Source: an uncultured archaeon A07HR60
GTDB taxonomy: Archaea; Halobacteriota; Halobacteria; Halobacteriales; Haloferacaceae
Length of the DNA stretch: 64,000 nt
Direction of reading: 5' to 3'
Assembly: GCA_000496235.1 (NCBI GenBank)
Contig: KI543222.1
Coordinates: 26,942 to 90,941, forward strand
The translations under genes and the position numbers were made by a program. The notes beneath the pieces are model-generated. The model was not told the DNA's origin and did no database searches. It saw only the letters and a list, made by a program, of their open reading frames with translations. Positions 19,750 through 28,836 of this stretch are shown here, piece after piece (the stretch's first letter is position 1; every line of letters starts with the position of its first letter).

Positions 19750-20721
19750 TCAGTCGGCGCGTGGGACGGAGATTTCAGGCAGTTCCGCTTCGATCTGTTC
19801 ACGACGGTCACCGAATTCCCCCGGTAATACGAGCTGCTCGCCCAGTTCGGCCATAGGTTCGTCAGACCCGTAACCCGGACCGTTAGTCGCGAGTTCAAAC
19901 AGGATGTCTCCGTGTTCTCGGAAGTACACAGAACGGAACCAGTGACGGTCGATCTGGCCGGTTGGTCTGAGGCCGTCAGTCTGCGCGATCTCACGCACTG
20001 CCGATTGGACCTCGTCGGTCGGTGTTTGGAAGGCGACGTGATGGACGGTGCCATGGCCCTGGCGGCCGCCCTCGATCGCCGGCACAACATCCACGTAGGT
20101 CCCCACCGGGCCCGCAGCCGCAAACCGGGTGCGGTCCCCGCTCGATGTATTGCTGTCTGCTGGTTCAGAGCCGGCTTCTTCGAGTCCCATCTTCTCGAGT
20201 AGAGTCTGTGTGGGCATCGGGTCAGCGAGCCACAGCGTCACCGAGTGGAACCCACGGATAGCCGCACGCTCAGGAACGAACTGCGTCCACGGCGTGGTCG
20301 GGTCATCATCCGGAATCGATGTGGCAACGAGCTCTACAGGGAGGCCGTCCGGGTCGCGGAAAGGGAGTACAGTCTCTTCGAAACGCTCGGTCCGGCCGTC
20401 GTACTCGACACCGTGCTCGTCGAAGCGAGCCTCCCAGAAGTCCAGACTCCCTTCCGGGACACGAAACGCCGTCCGAGAAACCTGTCCAGAGCCGATCTTG
20501 CCGTCGGCGATGTCTTCCCACGGGAAGAACGTCATACTCGTGCCTGGCGTCCCCTCGGCGTCGGCGAAAAAGAAGTGATAGGTGCTCGGGTCGTCCTGGT
20601 TGATCGAGCGCTTCACCAGCCGAAGACCGAGTGTCTCTGCCCAAAAATCTACATTCTGCTGGGGGTCACCAGCCACACACGTCACGTGATGAATACCGGG
20701 GGTCGAAGCCGTCTCTGTCAT
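19750..20721 (-). CDS. ring-cleaving dioxygenase, VOC (glyoxalase/bleomycin resistance) superfamily
   Basis: GIHHVTCVAGDPQQNVDFWAETLGLRLVKRSINQDDPSTYHFFFAD and a second VOC repeat GTVHHVAFQ. Confidence 0.75.
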   Translation of the reverse strand: MTETASTPGIHHVTCVAGDPQQNVDFWAETLGLRLVKRSINQDDPSTYHFFFADAEGTPGTSMTFFPWEDIADGKIGSGQVSRTAFRVPEGSLDFWEARFDEHGVEYDGRTERFEETVLPFRDPDGLPVELVATSIPDDDPTTPWTQFVPERAAIRGFHSVTLWLADPMPTQTLLEKMGLEEAGSEPADSNTSSGDRTRFAAAGPVGTYVDVVPAIEGGRQGHGTVHHVAFQTPTDEVQSAVREIAQTDGLRPTGQIDRHWFRSVYFREHGDILFELATNGPGYGSDEPMAELGEQLVLPGEFGDRREQIEAELPEISVPRAD

Positions 20722-20840
20722 AACTCATTGTATGACGCCAACCTACTTCAATTGGCGTTCGTTGGCTGGGATTCGATCGTCGGTGTTCTGGCCCCGCTCG
20801 AGTGAGTGTCCTGCCACGTCTTGATGCCAGCCCGTGGTTG

Positions 20841-20878
20841 ACCACCGTTTCCGCCTGAAGACGGGGATATGCGCTCGC
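20841..20878 (+). repeat. hairpin module, type A2
   Basis: ACCACCGTTTCCGCCTGAAGACGGGGATATGCGCTCGC. Confidence 0.5.
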
Positions 20879-20964
20879 AGTTTTGTGCCATCACGAGCGC
20901 AGATGCTTCTGAGTGTCTCGGATTGAGACCCCACTGGAGGGAGCCGTTACAGACCGCCAATATT

Positions 20965-20980
20965 TTTAGGTTAGCCTAAA
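20965..20980. promoter_or_regulatory. palindromic operator candidate TTTAGG-TTAG-CCTAAA, at -29 to -14 of the RGP-like gene start
   Basis: The 19-mer TTTTTAGGTTAGCCTAAAG is identical to the one at 26496-26514. Confidence 0.55.
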
Positions 20981-20993
20981 GACCCGGTGTACG

Positions 20994-22220
20994 ATGGGAG
21001 CGGAACGACCACAGCCGACAGAAGACATCTGTGTGATCGTGCCGACGGTCAGAGAGTACGACTGCCTCAGATCGTACGTCGCGAACGCCCGTGCCCAGGG
21101 GTTCGACACGTCGCGGCTGTATTTCCTGCTAGTCACCGAGAACTTCTGTGACACTGCGGCGATGCGCACCATGCTCGAAGAGCTAGACGTTGCGGGTGCG
21201 GTATTCGACGGATCACGCCGCCAACAGTGGTATCACGACAATGGCATCGGAGAGTACAGCCACGTCGTGCCCGCAGCCAGTCACGCAGAGACCAGCTTCG
21301 GGCTGTTATACATGTGGACCAACAGTCGATTCGAGTACGGTCTTTTCCTTGACGACGACACTCTCCCGCAGGAGGGGCGGGACTTCTTTGGTCGACATCT
21401 GCGGAATCTCGGCTTCACAGGCGATATTGAGTGTGTCACGTCTGACGAACACTGGGTGAACGTTCTGTACGATAGCGCCGACGACCACGGTCTCTACCCG
21501 CGTGGGTACCCGTACTCGGCTATGGGCGAGTCCGTAAAGACAGGGACGGCGACTCTCGGGACAGGAGACGTGGTCGCCTCGCAGGGATTGTGGACGAACG
21601 TGCCAGATCTCGATGCCGTCCGCATCCTCATGGACGGCGACCTCCAAGGGCAAGCGCAAACGCGGACGGCCGAGACGGACTACGGGTCCGACTTCGTCGC
21701 CGGCCAGGGCAACTATCTCACCGTCTGCTCGATGAACCTGGCTTTCCGGCGAGCCGTGATCCCGGCGTTTTACCAGCTCCCGATGGACGACAACGAGTGG
21801 GATGTCGGGCGGTTCGACGATATCTGGAGCGGGGTATTTCTCAAGCGGGCCTGCGACGTCGTGGGGGGCCGCATCTACACCGGCGAACCCCTCTGTCAGC
21901 ACAACAAGGCCGCTCGTTCGACGTTCGACGATCTTGCCAACGAGGCTGCGGGGCTAGAATTAAACGAACACCTGTGGAAACTGATCGATGATGTCGGCAG
22001 CGAGGCGACCGACTACGCCGGAGTGTTTCTGGCGATGGCGGACCGCCTCGCGGACGGAGACTTCGACAACTACCGGAACGGTGCGTTCCTGAACTACGTG
22101 GGCGAGCACATGCACGATTGGCTGGCGTGTCTGGATGCACTGGCCGGGCTCGACACGCTCGACAGCCAGGACACCCAACACCGGTCACCGCGGGCGGTCT
22201 CGTCGGCTGCAGACGACTGA
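20994..22220 (+). CDS. reversibly-glycosylated-polypeptide (RGP, GT75) family protein, UDP-sugar pyranose/furanose mutase-like
   Basis: ICVIVPTVRE, LFLDDDT, YPRGYPYS, GLWTNVPDLDA, CSMNLAFRR, GRFDDIWSGVFLKRACD and CQHNKAARSTFDDL are collinear with plant RGP1 motifs (recalled from memory). Confidence 0.7.
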   Translation: MGAERPQPTEDICVIVPTVREYDCLRSYVANARAQGFDTSRLYFLLVTENFCDTAAMRTMLEELDVAGAVFDGSRRQQWYHDNGIGEYSHVVPAASHAETSFGLLYMWTNSRFEYGLFLDDDTLPQEGRDFFGRHLRNLGFTGDIECVTSDEHWVNVLYDSADDHGLYPRGYPYSAMGESVKTGTATLGTGDVVASQGLWTNVPDLDAVRILMDGDLQGQAQTRTAETDYGSDFVAGQGNYLTVCSMNLAFRRAVIPAFYQLPMDDNEWDVGRFDDIWSGVFLKRACDVVGGRIYTGEPLCQHNKAARSTFDDLANEAAGLELNEHLWKLIDDVGSEATDYAGVFLAMADRLADGDFDNYRNGAFLNYVGEHMHDWLACLDALAGLDTLDSQDTQHRSPRAVSSAADD

Positions 22221-22251
22221 ATCGCTTGCTCACTGCCACGACACACAACAG

Positions 22252-23379
22252 ATGGACGACAATCAAACACCTAACGGACGGCATCGACGACAGATACTCG
22301 CGGCGACGGGTGCTGCGAGCGCGTTCGGACTCGCGGGCTGTCTGGGGTCGGTTCTCGACAGCGGCGAAGAAACAACCACCGACGTGACAATCGGGCAGAT
22401 CGGGTCCGGCCGGGACGGACGCGACGCCCCCGGCGGAACGCCGATGGGTGAAATGCCCGCTCTCGAGGGAGAACTCACCGTCTATTCAGGGCGGGGAGAG
22501 TTTCTCGTCGGCGATCTCTTGACCTATATCGATGAGTTGTACGACGATTTCACTCTGGTCCGGCGGTACGGCGGATCGACGGATCTGGTCAATCAGATTC
22601 TCAACGAGGGTAGTGGCTCTCCAGCAGACGTATTCTTCTCTGTCAACGCTGGGGCTCTCGGCACCCTCACCGACGAAGGCCGGACCCAGTCGCTCCCAGA
22701 CGACGTTCTGGAGACGGTCCGAGCGGAGTTCCGCACAGACGAGTGGATCGGGATCTCAGGCCGCGCTCGGGCAGTGCCGTTCAACACTGACGCGTATAAC
22801 CGCGCAGAAATGCCTGACAGCATCATGACGTATCCCGACTTCGCGGGCGATATTGGGTGGGCACCGTCTTACGGATCAGTACAAGCGTTCGTCACGGCCA
22901 TGCGCACGATCGAGGGCGAAGCGGCGACTCGAGAGTGGGTGCGCGGGATTGCCGATGGCGCGAAGACCTACCCCGACGAGTTGGCAGCCTGTCAGGCGAT
23001 TGCCGACGGGAGCATCGACGCGGCGTTCACGAATCACTACTACGTGCAACGCGTCCGTGACGCGAACCCTGGCGCTCCTCTCGCGACCCACTTCACCCAG
23101 GGCGACGCCGGAGCCGTCTTCAACGTGGCCGGTGCGGCGATTGTCGACGCGGCCGCCGACAGCGAACTGGCAGCCACCTTCGTACGTCACTTGTTATCGG
23201 CCGAAGCACAGGATTACTTCGCCCGGCGAAACTTCGAGTATCCCCTGATTCCGGGCGTCGAGCCCGTTGGAGATATTCCAACAATCGACGAACTGGACGT
23301 GCCGGATCTCGATTTGACCGTATTGTCAGACCTGGAACCGACAATCGATCTCATGCGGGACGAGGGCGTAGAGATTTAA
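22252..23379 (+). CDS. ABC transporter substrate-binding lipoprotein, Fe(III)/thiamine-type (FbpA-like), Tat signal
   Basis: RHRRQILAATGAASAFGLAGC Tat plus lipobox, and family-1 SBP core (LTVYSGRGEFLV, ADVFFSVNAG). Start moved to MDDNQT. Confidence 0.65.
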   Translation: MDDNQTPNGRHRRQILAATGAASAFGLAGCLGSVLDSGEETTTDVTIGQIGSGRDGRDAPGGTPMGEMPALEGELTVYSGRGEFLVGDLLTYIDELYDDFTLVRRYGGSTDLVNQILNEGSGSPADVFFSVNAGALGTLTDEGRTQSLPDDVLETVRAEFRTDEWIGISGRARAVPFNTDAYNRAEMPDSIMTYPDFAGDIGWAPSYGSVQAFVTAMRTIEGEAATREWVRGIADGAKTYPDELAACQAIADGSIDAAFTNHYYVQRVRDANPGAPLATHFTQGDAGAVFNVAGAAIVDAAADSELAATFVRHLLSAEAQDYFARRNFEYPLIPGVEPVGDIPTIDELDVPDLDLTVLSDLEPTIDLMRDEGVEI

Positions 23380-23400
23380 TCGCTCTTCCGGGCACATGAC

Positions 23401-25614
23401 ATGATCCGGACTGTCTTGTGGGCAACAATCGAGACGGTGACAGCGGCGCTGACTGCGGTGACGGCGGTGTTCCGGGGGTCAGGCCATGGCCGCGGAAAGC
23501 CAGCGCCACTGGCGATTGTAGCGGCGCTGGTCGCGGGGCTAGCCGGTGTCGCAGTGTTTGGACTCGCGGTCAGTGTGTTCCCGTATCACTCCAGTAACCA
23601 CGACGAAGCGGTCTATCTGATGCAAGCGGCGATGCTACTGGAAGGGCAGTTGGAACTGCACGTCGACAGTCTCACGGGCGCATTCCAGCCGTGGTTTTTC
23701 GTCGCGGACGGCGAACGGCTGTACCCGAAGTACACCCCCGTGCCCGCGGCTATGTTCGCCGGAGCGATGGCGTTGTTCGGAGAGCCACGCGTCACGTTAG
23801 CCGTCGTCACGGCGGCCAACACCGGGCTGGTCTACCTACTCGGCGTCATGGCATTTGACCGTCGTGTCGGCGTCTTAGCTGCGATACTGTTCGGGGCCGC
23901 ACCGCTCACCCTCGTGACCTCTTCAGTGTTTTTGCCGTACGCTCCGACGACGGCGCTCAATCTCGTGTTCGCCGTCGCCTATCTCCGCGGTGTACGCGAC
24001 GAATCTGTGGCAGCGGCGGCTGTCGCTGGCGTCGCAATCGGGGTGGCGTTTTTCGCGCGCCCGTACACAGCAGTGCTGTTTGCCGCTCCGTTCATTTTCC
24101 ACGCCGTCTATCGGGTCGTGAGCGCCGGCGACGGCTCACTCCAGCCAGTGCCAGACGCGATTCGCCGGAACGGGGTCACTGCGGCCATCGGGCTGCTATT
24201 CGTCGGGATCACACTGGCGTACAATCTCCGGATGACCGGGTCGGCCATGCTGTTCCCGTACGAAGCCTTCGCTCCGGCAGACGGCCCCGGATTCGGGCGC
24301 CGGCGCATCCTGGGTCACTCGATTGTGTACTCACCGGCCGTGGCACTCCGGGCGAACGCGCACGTGGTGTGGTACTTCGCGACTCGGTGGTTCACCGCTG
24401 GCCCCCTCGGCACGGGGCTGGCAGCGGTCGGCCTTGTGGCCACGATTCGCCGGTGGCATCACGGGAGTCTCACGGGCCAGCGAGGGGCCTCGGACCACCC
24501 GGTCGAGGGGGTCACTCGATTCCTGCTGGCGGGACTGTTCGTCAGCGTGATTGTCGGGAACCTGTTTTTCTGGGGCAATTACAATCTACTGGCCACGGTG
24601 ACAGATCCGACTGACGGGCTCATCTCTCAGTTCGGACCAGTCTATCACTTCGACCTTCTCGCCCCGCTGGCGGTGTTCGGAGCGGTCGGACTCGTCACCT
24701 GTCGAGAGCTGGTCTCACGGGCACGAGCAGCGCTCGGGCGACGACTCTCGCCGCAGGCCGCGAGAGCGGCGGTGATAGTGGTGATTCTGGCGGGCGTGCT
24801 AGTGGGTGGGGCAGCCAGTGCGGCGGTCGTCGCCGAACCACTTGAGCGGAACGGCGAGCACACGGCCAGATACGAGACGGCCTACGAACCTATTGAGAGT
24901 GGTTCCTTCGAGAAAGCACTGATTTTCGTTCCGACACCCTACGGCGACTGGCACGGCCATCCGTTCCAGTCGTTACGCAACGACCCCGGTTTCGACGGAT
25001 CTGCTGTCTACGCGCTTGACCGTGATGCAGCCGACGACTTTGCGGTCGTGGATGAGTTTCCCGAGCGCACGCCGTACCGATACACCTACCAGGGCGAGTG
25101 GACTCCTGAAGCTGCCCAACAGGTCGATCCCAAACTCGAACCGCTAGCGGTGAAGCGCGGGTCTAAACAGCGTTTCACCACCACGGTCGGAGTTCCAGAC
25201 CGGGTCGACCACGCTCGGGTCCGGCTGGAAACGACCAGTGGCGACGGCACAGTAAAACGGGCAATCGGCGAACCGGGCGACTCGCTGGCGATCGAGTGGA
25301 CCGCAGACGCCGACACCGTTCGCATGCCCGCAGCCGACGGGGACGACTCTCTGGAGTTGGTGGGGACCCAGACGGTCGTCCTCCAGGTGACACTCGTCCA
25401 GCCGGAGGGCGGAACACTCACCTACCGGCAAGAGGTGGCTCTCAGAAGTGGCTCGGCAACGTCAGGAGAGACGGTGGAGGTGGTGTGGCCGCCCGACCGG
25501 TACGTCTGCACTCTCGTGACAGACTGTGGGAACCGGGGAACATATCTCCCGGACGAACCGGATGCTCACCGCGACGGGGTTGAGTTCCGTACGCGCGTCG
25601 ACACTGTGGAGTGA
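23401..25614 (+). CDS. GT-C superfamily (PMT_2/ArnT-like) polyprenyl-phosphate-sugar-dependent glycosyltransferase with ~250-aa C-terminal extracytoplasmic domain
   Basis: About 12 TM segments. The first loop HSSNHDEAVYLMQAAML carries the acidic GT-C motif. Confidence 0.6.
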   Translation: MIRTVLWATIETVTAALTAVTAVFRGSGHGRGKPAPLAIVAALVAGLAGVAVFGLAVSVFPYHSSNHDEAVYLMQAAMLLEGQLELHVDSLTGAFQPWFFVADGERLYPKYTPVPAAMFAGAMALFGEPRVTLAVVTAANTGLVYLLGVMAFDRRVGVLAAILFGAAPLTLVTSSVFLPYAPTTALNLVFAVAYLRGVRDESVAAAAVAGVAIGVAFFARPYTAVLFAAPFIFHAVYRVVSAGDGSLQPVPDAIRRNGVTAAIGLLFVGITLAYNLRMTGSAMLFPYEAFAPADGPGFGRRRILGHSIVYSPAVALRANAHVVWYFATRWFTAGPLGTGLAAVGLVATIRRWHHGSLTGQRGASDHPVEGVTRFLLAGLFVSVIVGNLFFWGNYNLLATVTDPTDGLISQFGPVYHFDLLAPLAVFGAVGLVTCRELVSRARAALGRRLSPQAARAAVIVVILAGVLVGGAASAAVVAEPLERNGEHTARYETAYEPIESGSFEKALIFVPTPYGDWHGHPFQSLRNDPGFDGSAVYALDRDAADDFAVVDEFPERTPYRYTYQGEWTPEAAQQVDPKLEPLAVKRGSKQRFTTTVGVPDRVDHARVRLETTSGDGTVKRAIGEPGDSLAIEWTADADTVRMPAADGDDSLELVGTQTVVLQVTLVQPEGGTLTYRQEVALRSGSATSGETVEVVWPPDRYVCTLVTDCGNRGTYLPDEPDAHRDGVEFRTRVDTVE

Positions 25615-25698
25615 TGATGGCAACGGTAGTCAGACAACCACCGATTCGGCACTGTTTAAGTTAGATTCAGGAGTGCTGGCAAGCCAGCAAAGCAGCTG

Positions 25699-26490
25699 TC
25701 ACCGGAGCTGCTCGCGGAGAGAGACCGTCAGAATCGACTTTGCGATTGCGGCTCCACCCCGAATAGGAGCGAGTTTGGTCTCGCCGGCCCGCTCACGATA
25801 TTCGATCGGTTGTTCACGGACCGAGTAGCCGCGAATCAGCGGCCGAAGTAACAGCTCCGCAGAGAGCCCGGTGTTTTCGGTCCACTCGATGGACTCGATC
25901 ACTTCGCGACGATACGCGCGCATCCCGGTGGTCGTGTCGTGAACCCGACGGCCCACCAGAGCACTCGCCAGCACTGCGAACAATCGGTTCCCCAGGCGAT
26001 TGAGCGCCGGCATCGCGTCCGGACTCTGAGAGAGTCGGTCGCCACTGACGACATCAGCGCCGTCGTTGATTGCATCGAGAAACTCCGGCAACTGCTCCAT
26101 GGGATACGTATCGTCACAGTCGGTGGTCACAATCACGGGCCGATCGGCAGCCAGAATCGCTTCCCGGACCGCGACGCCGTAGCCTTGTGGTGATTGCTCG
26201 ATGACTCGGGCGCCGTGGTCGCGGGCGATTGCTGGCGTCTGGTCCGACGAGCCGTCCACGCAGACGACCTCCGCCTGGCCGCCGGTAACCGTCTCGATGT
26301 CTGACAACACCGTGTCGATAGCCGCCTCCTCGTTGTACGTCCCCATGACGACACTCAGGTCCTCGAAGCTGTAGTGGGGCGTCTCGGCTGCACTGGCAGT
26401 CTCTCCGTCCGGAGCCGCTCGTGCCGGCGGGTCTGCCGTGGCCGAGGAGGGTTCACCACTCATCACTACCCCTGTATCGACCGCCGCCAC
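25699..26490 (-). CDS. GT2 family dolichyl-phosphate sugar synthase (DPM1/AglD-like)
   Basis: VVMGTYNEEAAIDTVLSDI, VVCVDGSSDQT, TTDCDDTYP. GTG start at 26490 is favoured because it places the palindrome at the same offset as at 28796. Confidence 0.75.
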   Translation of the reverse strand: MAAVDTGVVMSGEPSSATADPPARAAPDGETASAAETPHYSFEDLSVVMGTYNEEAAIDTVLSDIETVTGGQAEVVCVDGSSDQTPAIARDHGARVIEQSPQGYGVAVREAILAADRPVIVTTDCDDTYPMEQLPEFLDAINDGADVVSGDRLSQSPDAMPALNRLGNRLFAVLASALVGRRVHDTTTGMRAYRREVIESIEWTENTGLSAELLLRPLIRGYSVREQPIEYRERAGETKLAPIRGGAAIAKSILTVSLREQLR

Positions 26491-26497
26491 TTGAGTT

Positions 26498-26513
26498 TTT
26501 AGGTTAGCCTAAA
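26498..26513. promoter_or_regulatory. palindromic operator candidate TTTAGG-TTAG-CCTAAA, at -23 to -8 of the GT2 gene start
   Basis: Lies in the 39-nt gap between the GMC stop and the GT2 start. 19/19 identical to site 1. Confidence 0.55.
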
Positions 26514-26529
26514 GCACTGTCGACTACGG

Positions 26530-28224
26530 TCACAGGGACCGTTCGATGGCGTTGGCAGCACGCAGTGCAAGCGCGGCGATCGTCAGTGTGGGGTTCATCG
26601 CCCCGGCAGCGGGAAAGACACTGCTGGAAACGACCCAACAGTTCTGCAGGTCGTGGGTGCTGAGTTGAGGGTCAACGACGCTCGCGGTGGGGTCGGTCCC
26701 CATTCGGGTGGTCCCCATGTGATGGTACGCAGGCCCGGTGTTGTCGGGGCCTACCTGCCAGGTGATCTCGACGCCGAGTTCCTCGAGAATCTGCCGCTGG
26801 ATTTCGTTCGCGCGTTCGAGCGTTCGTAACGCGCGGTCGTCGACGCTCCAGTGGACATCTGGCACTGGGTTGCCGTGGTCGTCGGTGCGGTCAGGATCCA
26901 GCCCAATGTAGCTGTCTTTGCGGGGCAGTTGTTCGACGAGCGCGCCCATACCGATGGCGGTCCCGTACTCGCCCTGCAGCCGCTCGAGTAACGCGTCACC
27001 CCAGTCGTCGCCCCGGAGGGCAGACTCCACCGGCGAGGGGCCGTCGTAGTTGAAAAACTCGAGTTTGAACGGCGCAATATTCGTGTCCGCCTCGTCGTAG
27101 AACTGGTCAGAACCGCTCGTGTAGAAGCCGACGTGATTCTGTCGGGTGGGTTCGTCCAATTCACCACCCATACCCGCGAACAGGTGGTCCATGAAGAACT
27201 TTCCAACCAGTCCGCTGGAGTTGGCCAACCCATCGGGGTGGCTATCCGACGCCGACAACAGGAGGAGCCGCGGCGTCTCGACGCCACCACAGGCGACGAC
27301 GAACGTCTCTGCTTTCTGGCGGTGGGTGGTGCCGTCGGGTGTGACGTATCTGGCAGCTGTGACCCGGCTGTCGGTGTGTTCGAGCCGCTGGACGGGCGCG
27401 CTACTGATCACCGTTGCCCCTCGAGACTCGGCGCGGTCGATGTGTACCGTAGCGTCGTACTTCGCGCCGGACGGGCAGACTGGCTGACAGGTCCCGTATC
27501 CCGCACAGGCAGCCCGATCGTCGTAGGCTTCTGAGTTGCGCGCGTTCGGGACCGAGTGCATGTCGATTTCGAGTTCCTCACACGCTTCGGCGAACAGCGA
27601 ATCACTGTAAGACGGCTCGAACGCCGTCATCGGATACGGCTCCTCGCGGGAAGGACCGTACGGATTGTCGGCTGCGCCGGCCACGCCCAGCTCGCGCTCG
27701 GCCGCCGCGTAGTGGGGACGAAGTTCCTCGTAGTCGATTGGCCAGTCGACACCGACACCCCGCTGGCTCGCGGAGTTGAAGTCGGCTTCGTGGAGCCGCA
27801 TCACCATCCCCTGCCAGTGTAGTGTCGACCCCCCGATTCCCTTCACCCGGGCGTGGTTCAGCGGGTACTCTCGCTCTCCAGACGCCGAGTGTGCGTCACG
27901 CTGGCCACCCATGTCCCAGACGTCAGGCTGCCCGAATGCGGGTCTGAGTGCCCGCTCCTGACGGGTGAGCCGGCTTGCCGAGTCGAAGCGAGGACCGGCG
28001 TCCAGTACCACCACCTCGTGGGTTTCCGCCAGTCGATCGGCTATCAGTCCGCCGGCTGGGCCTGCCCCGATCACGCAGACGTCCGTACCCGATACCGGTG
28101 TACGGTCCAGGTTCGCGGGCTCGTCTCGCAGCGGGATCTGTTGACCTCCGGTGGAGGGTCCTGACCCAGGCCTGGAAGATTCGGTCTGGGAACGTGACTC
28201 CGGACCGAATTCGTAGTTGCTCAT
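26530..28224 (-). CDS. GMC family FAD-dependent oxidoreductase (large flavoprotein subunit)
   Basis: DVCVIGAGPAGGLIADRL FAD motif and C-terminal GMC signature HHMGTTRMG. Confidence 0.8.
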   Translation of the reverse strand: MSNYEFGPESRSQTESSRPGSGPSTGGQQIPLRDEPANLDRTPVSGTDVCVIGAGPAGGLIADRLAETHEVVVLDAGPRFDSASRLTRQERALRPAFGQPDVWDMGGQRDAHSASGEREYPLNHARVKGIGGSTLHWQGMVMRLHEADFNSASQRGVGVDWPIDYEELRPHYAAAERELGVAGAADNPYGPSREEPYPMTAFEPSYSDSLFAEACEELEIDMHSVPNARNSEAYDDRAACAGYGTCQPVCPSGAKYDATVHIDRAESRGATVISSAPVQRLEHTDSRVTAARYVTPDGTTHRQKAETFVVACGGVETPRLLLLSASDSHPDGLANSSGLVGKFFMDHLFAGMGGELDEPTRQNHVGFYTSGSDQFYDEADTNIAPFKLEFFNYDGPSPVESALRGDDWGDALLERLQGEYGTAIGMGALVEQLPRKDSYIGLDPDRTDDHGNPVPDVHWSVDDRALRTLERANEIQRQILEELGVEITWQVGPDNTGPAYHHMGTTRMGTDPTASVVDPQLSTHDLQNCWVVSSSVFPAAGAMNPTLTIAALALRAANAIERSL

Positions 28225-28796
28225 TGCGGGCCTGTTGTGTAACTCTCGGTCCCGCCTGGGTGTCCGCGGGGGTTCTCCAGGCCGACCAACTCACCGCCGG
28301 TGGGGGATGCGTACAACGCTATCAACAGCTCGTTGATCAGGAAGTAGCGCACTCGTTCGGCAGTGGTGCCGTCCGGATTTTCTTCTGCAGTGTCGGCCCC
28401 GACATCCCGAAGTAAGCGATTCCGGGTCCCCGGCGAGAGTTCTGACACTCGATTTCCATGCCAGGCTTGACCTCGGTCGTCGAGTTCCACAACCGTCTCA
28501 CGGATCCCCCGCGCGTGATCCGTGCCAGTCAAGCGACCGGCGAGAAACCCCTCGACGAACGCTTCGATTCCGGTCACCTCCGAGGGGTAAACGACCTCTG
28601 CAAGCGCCGTCAGCGTCGCGTACACCCGCTCGTCGTCCGGGAGCCCATCGCCGCCGCCCTCACCGCCGGTAACGGTAGGCGTCGCGTCTGTGTTGTCGTC
28701 GTCGTGGTCGCGGAGACGCCGGCCTGCCAGCACGGCCCCCCCAGAGGCGCCGACCGCCGCGAGTGCGGCCGCGGCATCGCGTCTCGTCAACTCCAT
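28221..28796 (-). CDS. gluconate 2-dehydrogenase subunit 3-like small subunit with twin-arginine signal
   Basis: MELTRRDAAAALAAVGASGG. ATGA overlap with the GMC gene. Confidence 0.6.
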   Translation of the reverse strand: MELTRRDAAAALAAVGASGGAVLAGRRLRDHDDDNTDATPTVTGGEGGGDGLPDDERVYATLTALAEVVYPSEVTGIEAFVEGFLAGRLTGTDHARGIRETVVELDDRGQAWHGNRVSELSPGTRNRLLRDVGADTAEENPDGTTAERVRYFLINELLIALYASPTGGELVGLENPRGHPGGTESYTTGPQ

Positions 28797-28803
28797 ACAG
28801 TGT

Positions 28804-28819
28804 TTTAGGCAAACCTAAA
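28804..28819. promoter_or_regulatory. palindromic operator candidate TTTAGG-CAAA-CCTAAA in a 40-nt divergent promoter region, at -23 to -8 of the small-subunit gene
   Basis: Same arms and same offset as site 2. A TTATAT TATA-like element sits at 28823-28828. Confidence 0.5.
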
Positions 28820-28836
28820 TCCTTATATCCGTCGGA

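Noticed and set aside
22135-22251. The upstream extension of the binding-protein ORF overlapping the RGP-like gene.
   Set aside because: The extension is basic and overlaps the preceding CDS. The Tat/lipobox signal starts at the methionine at 22252.
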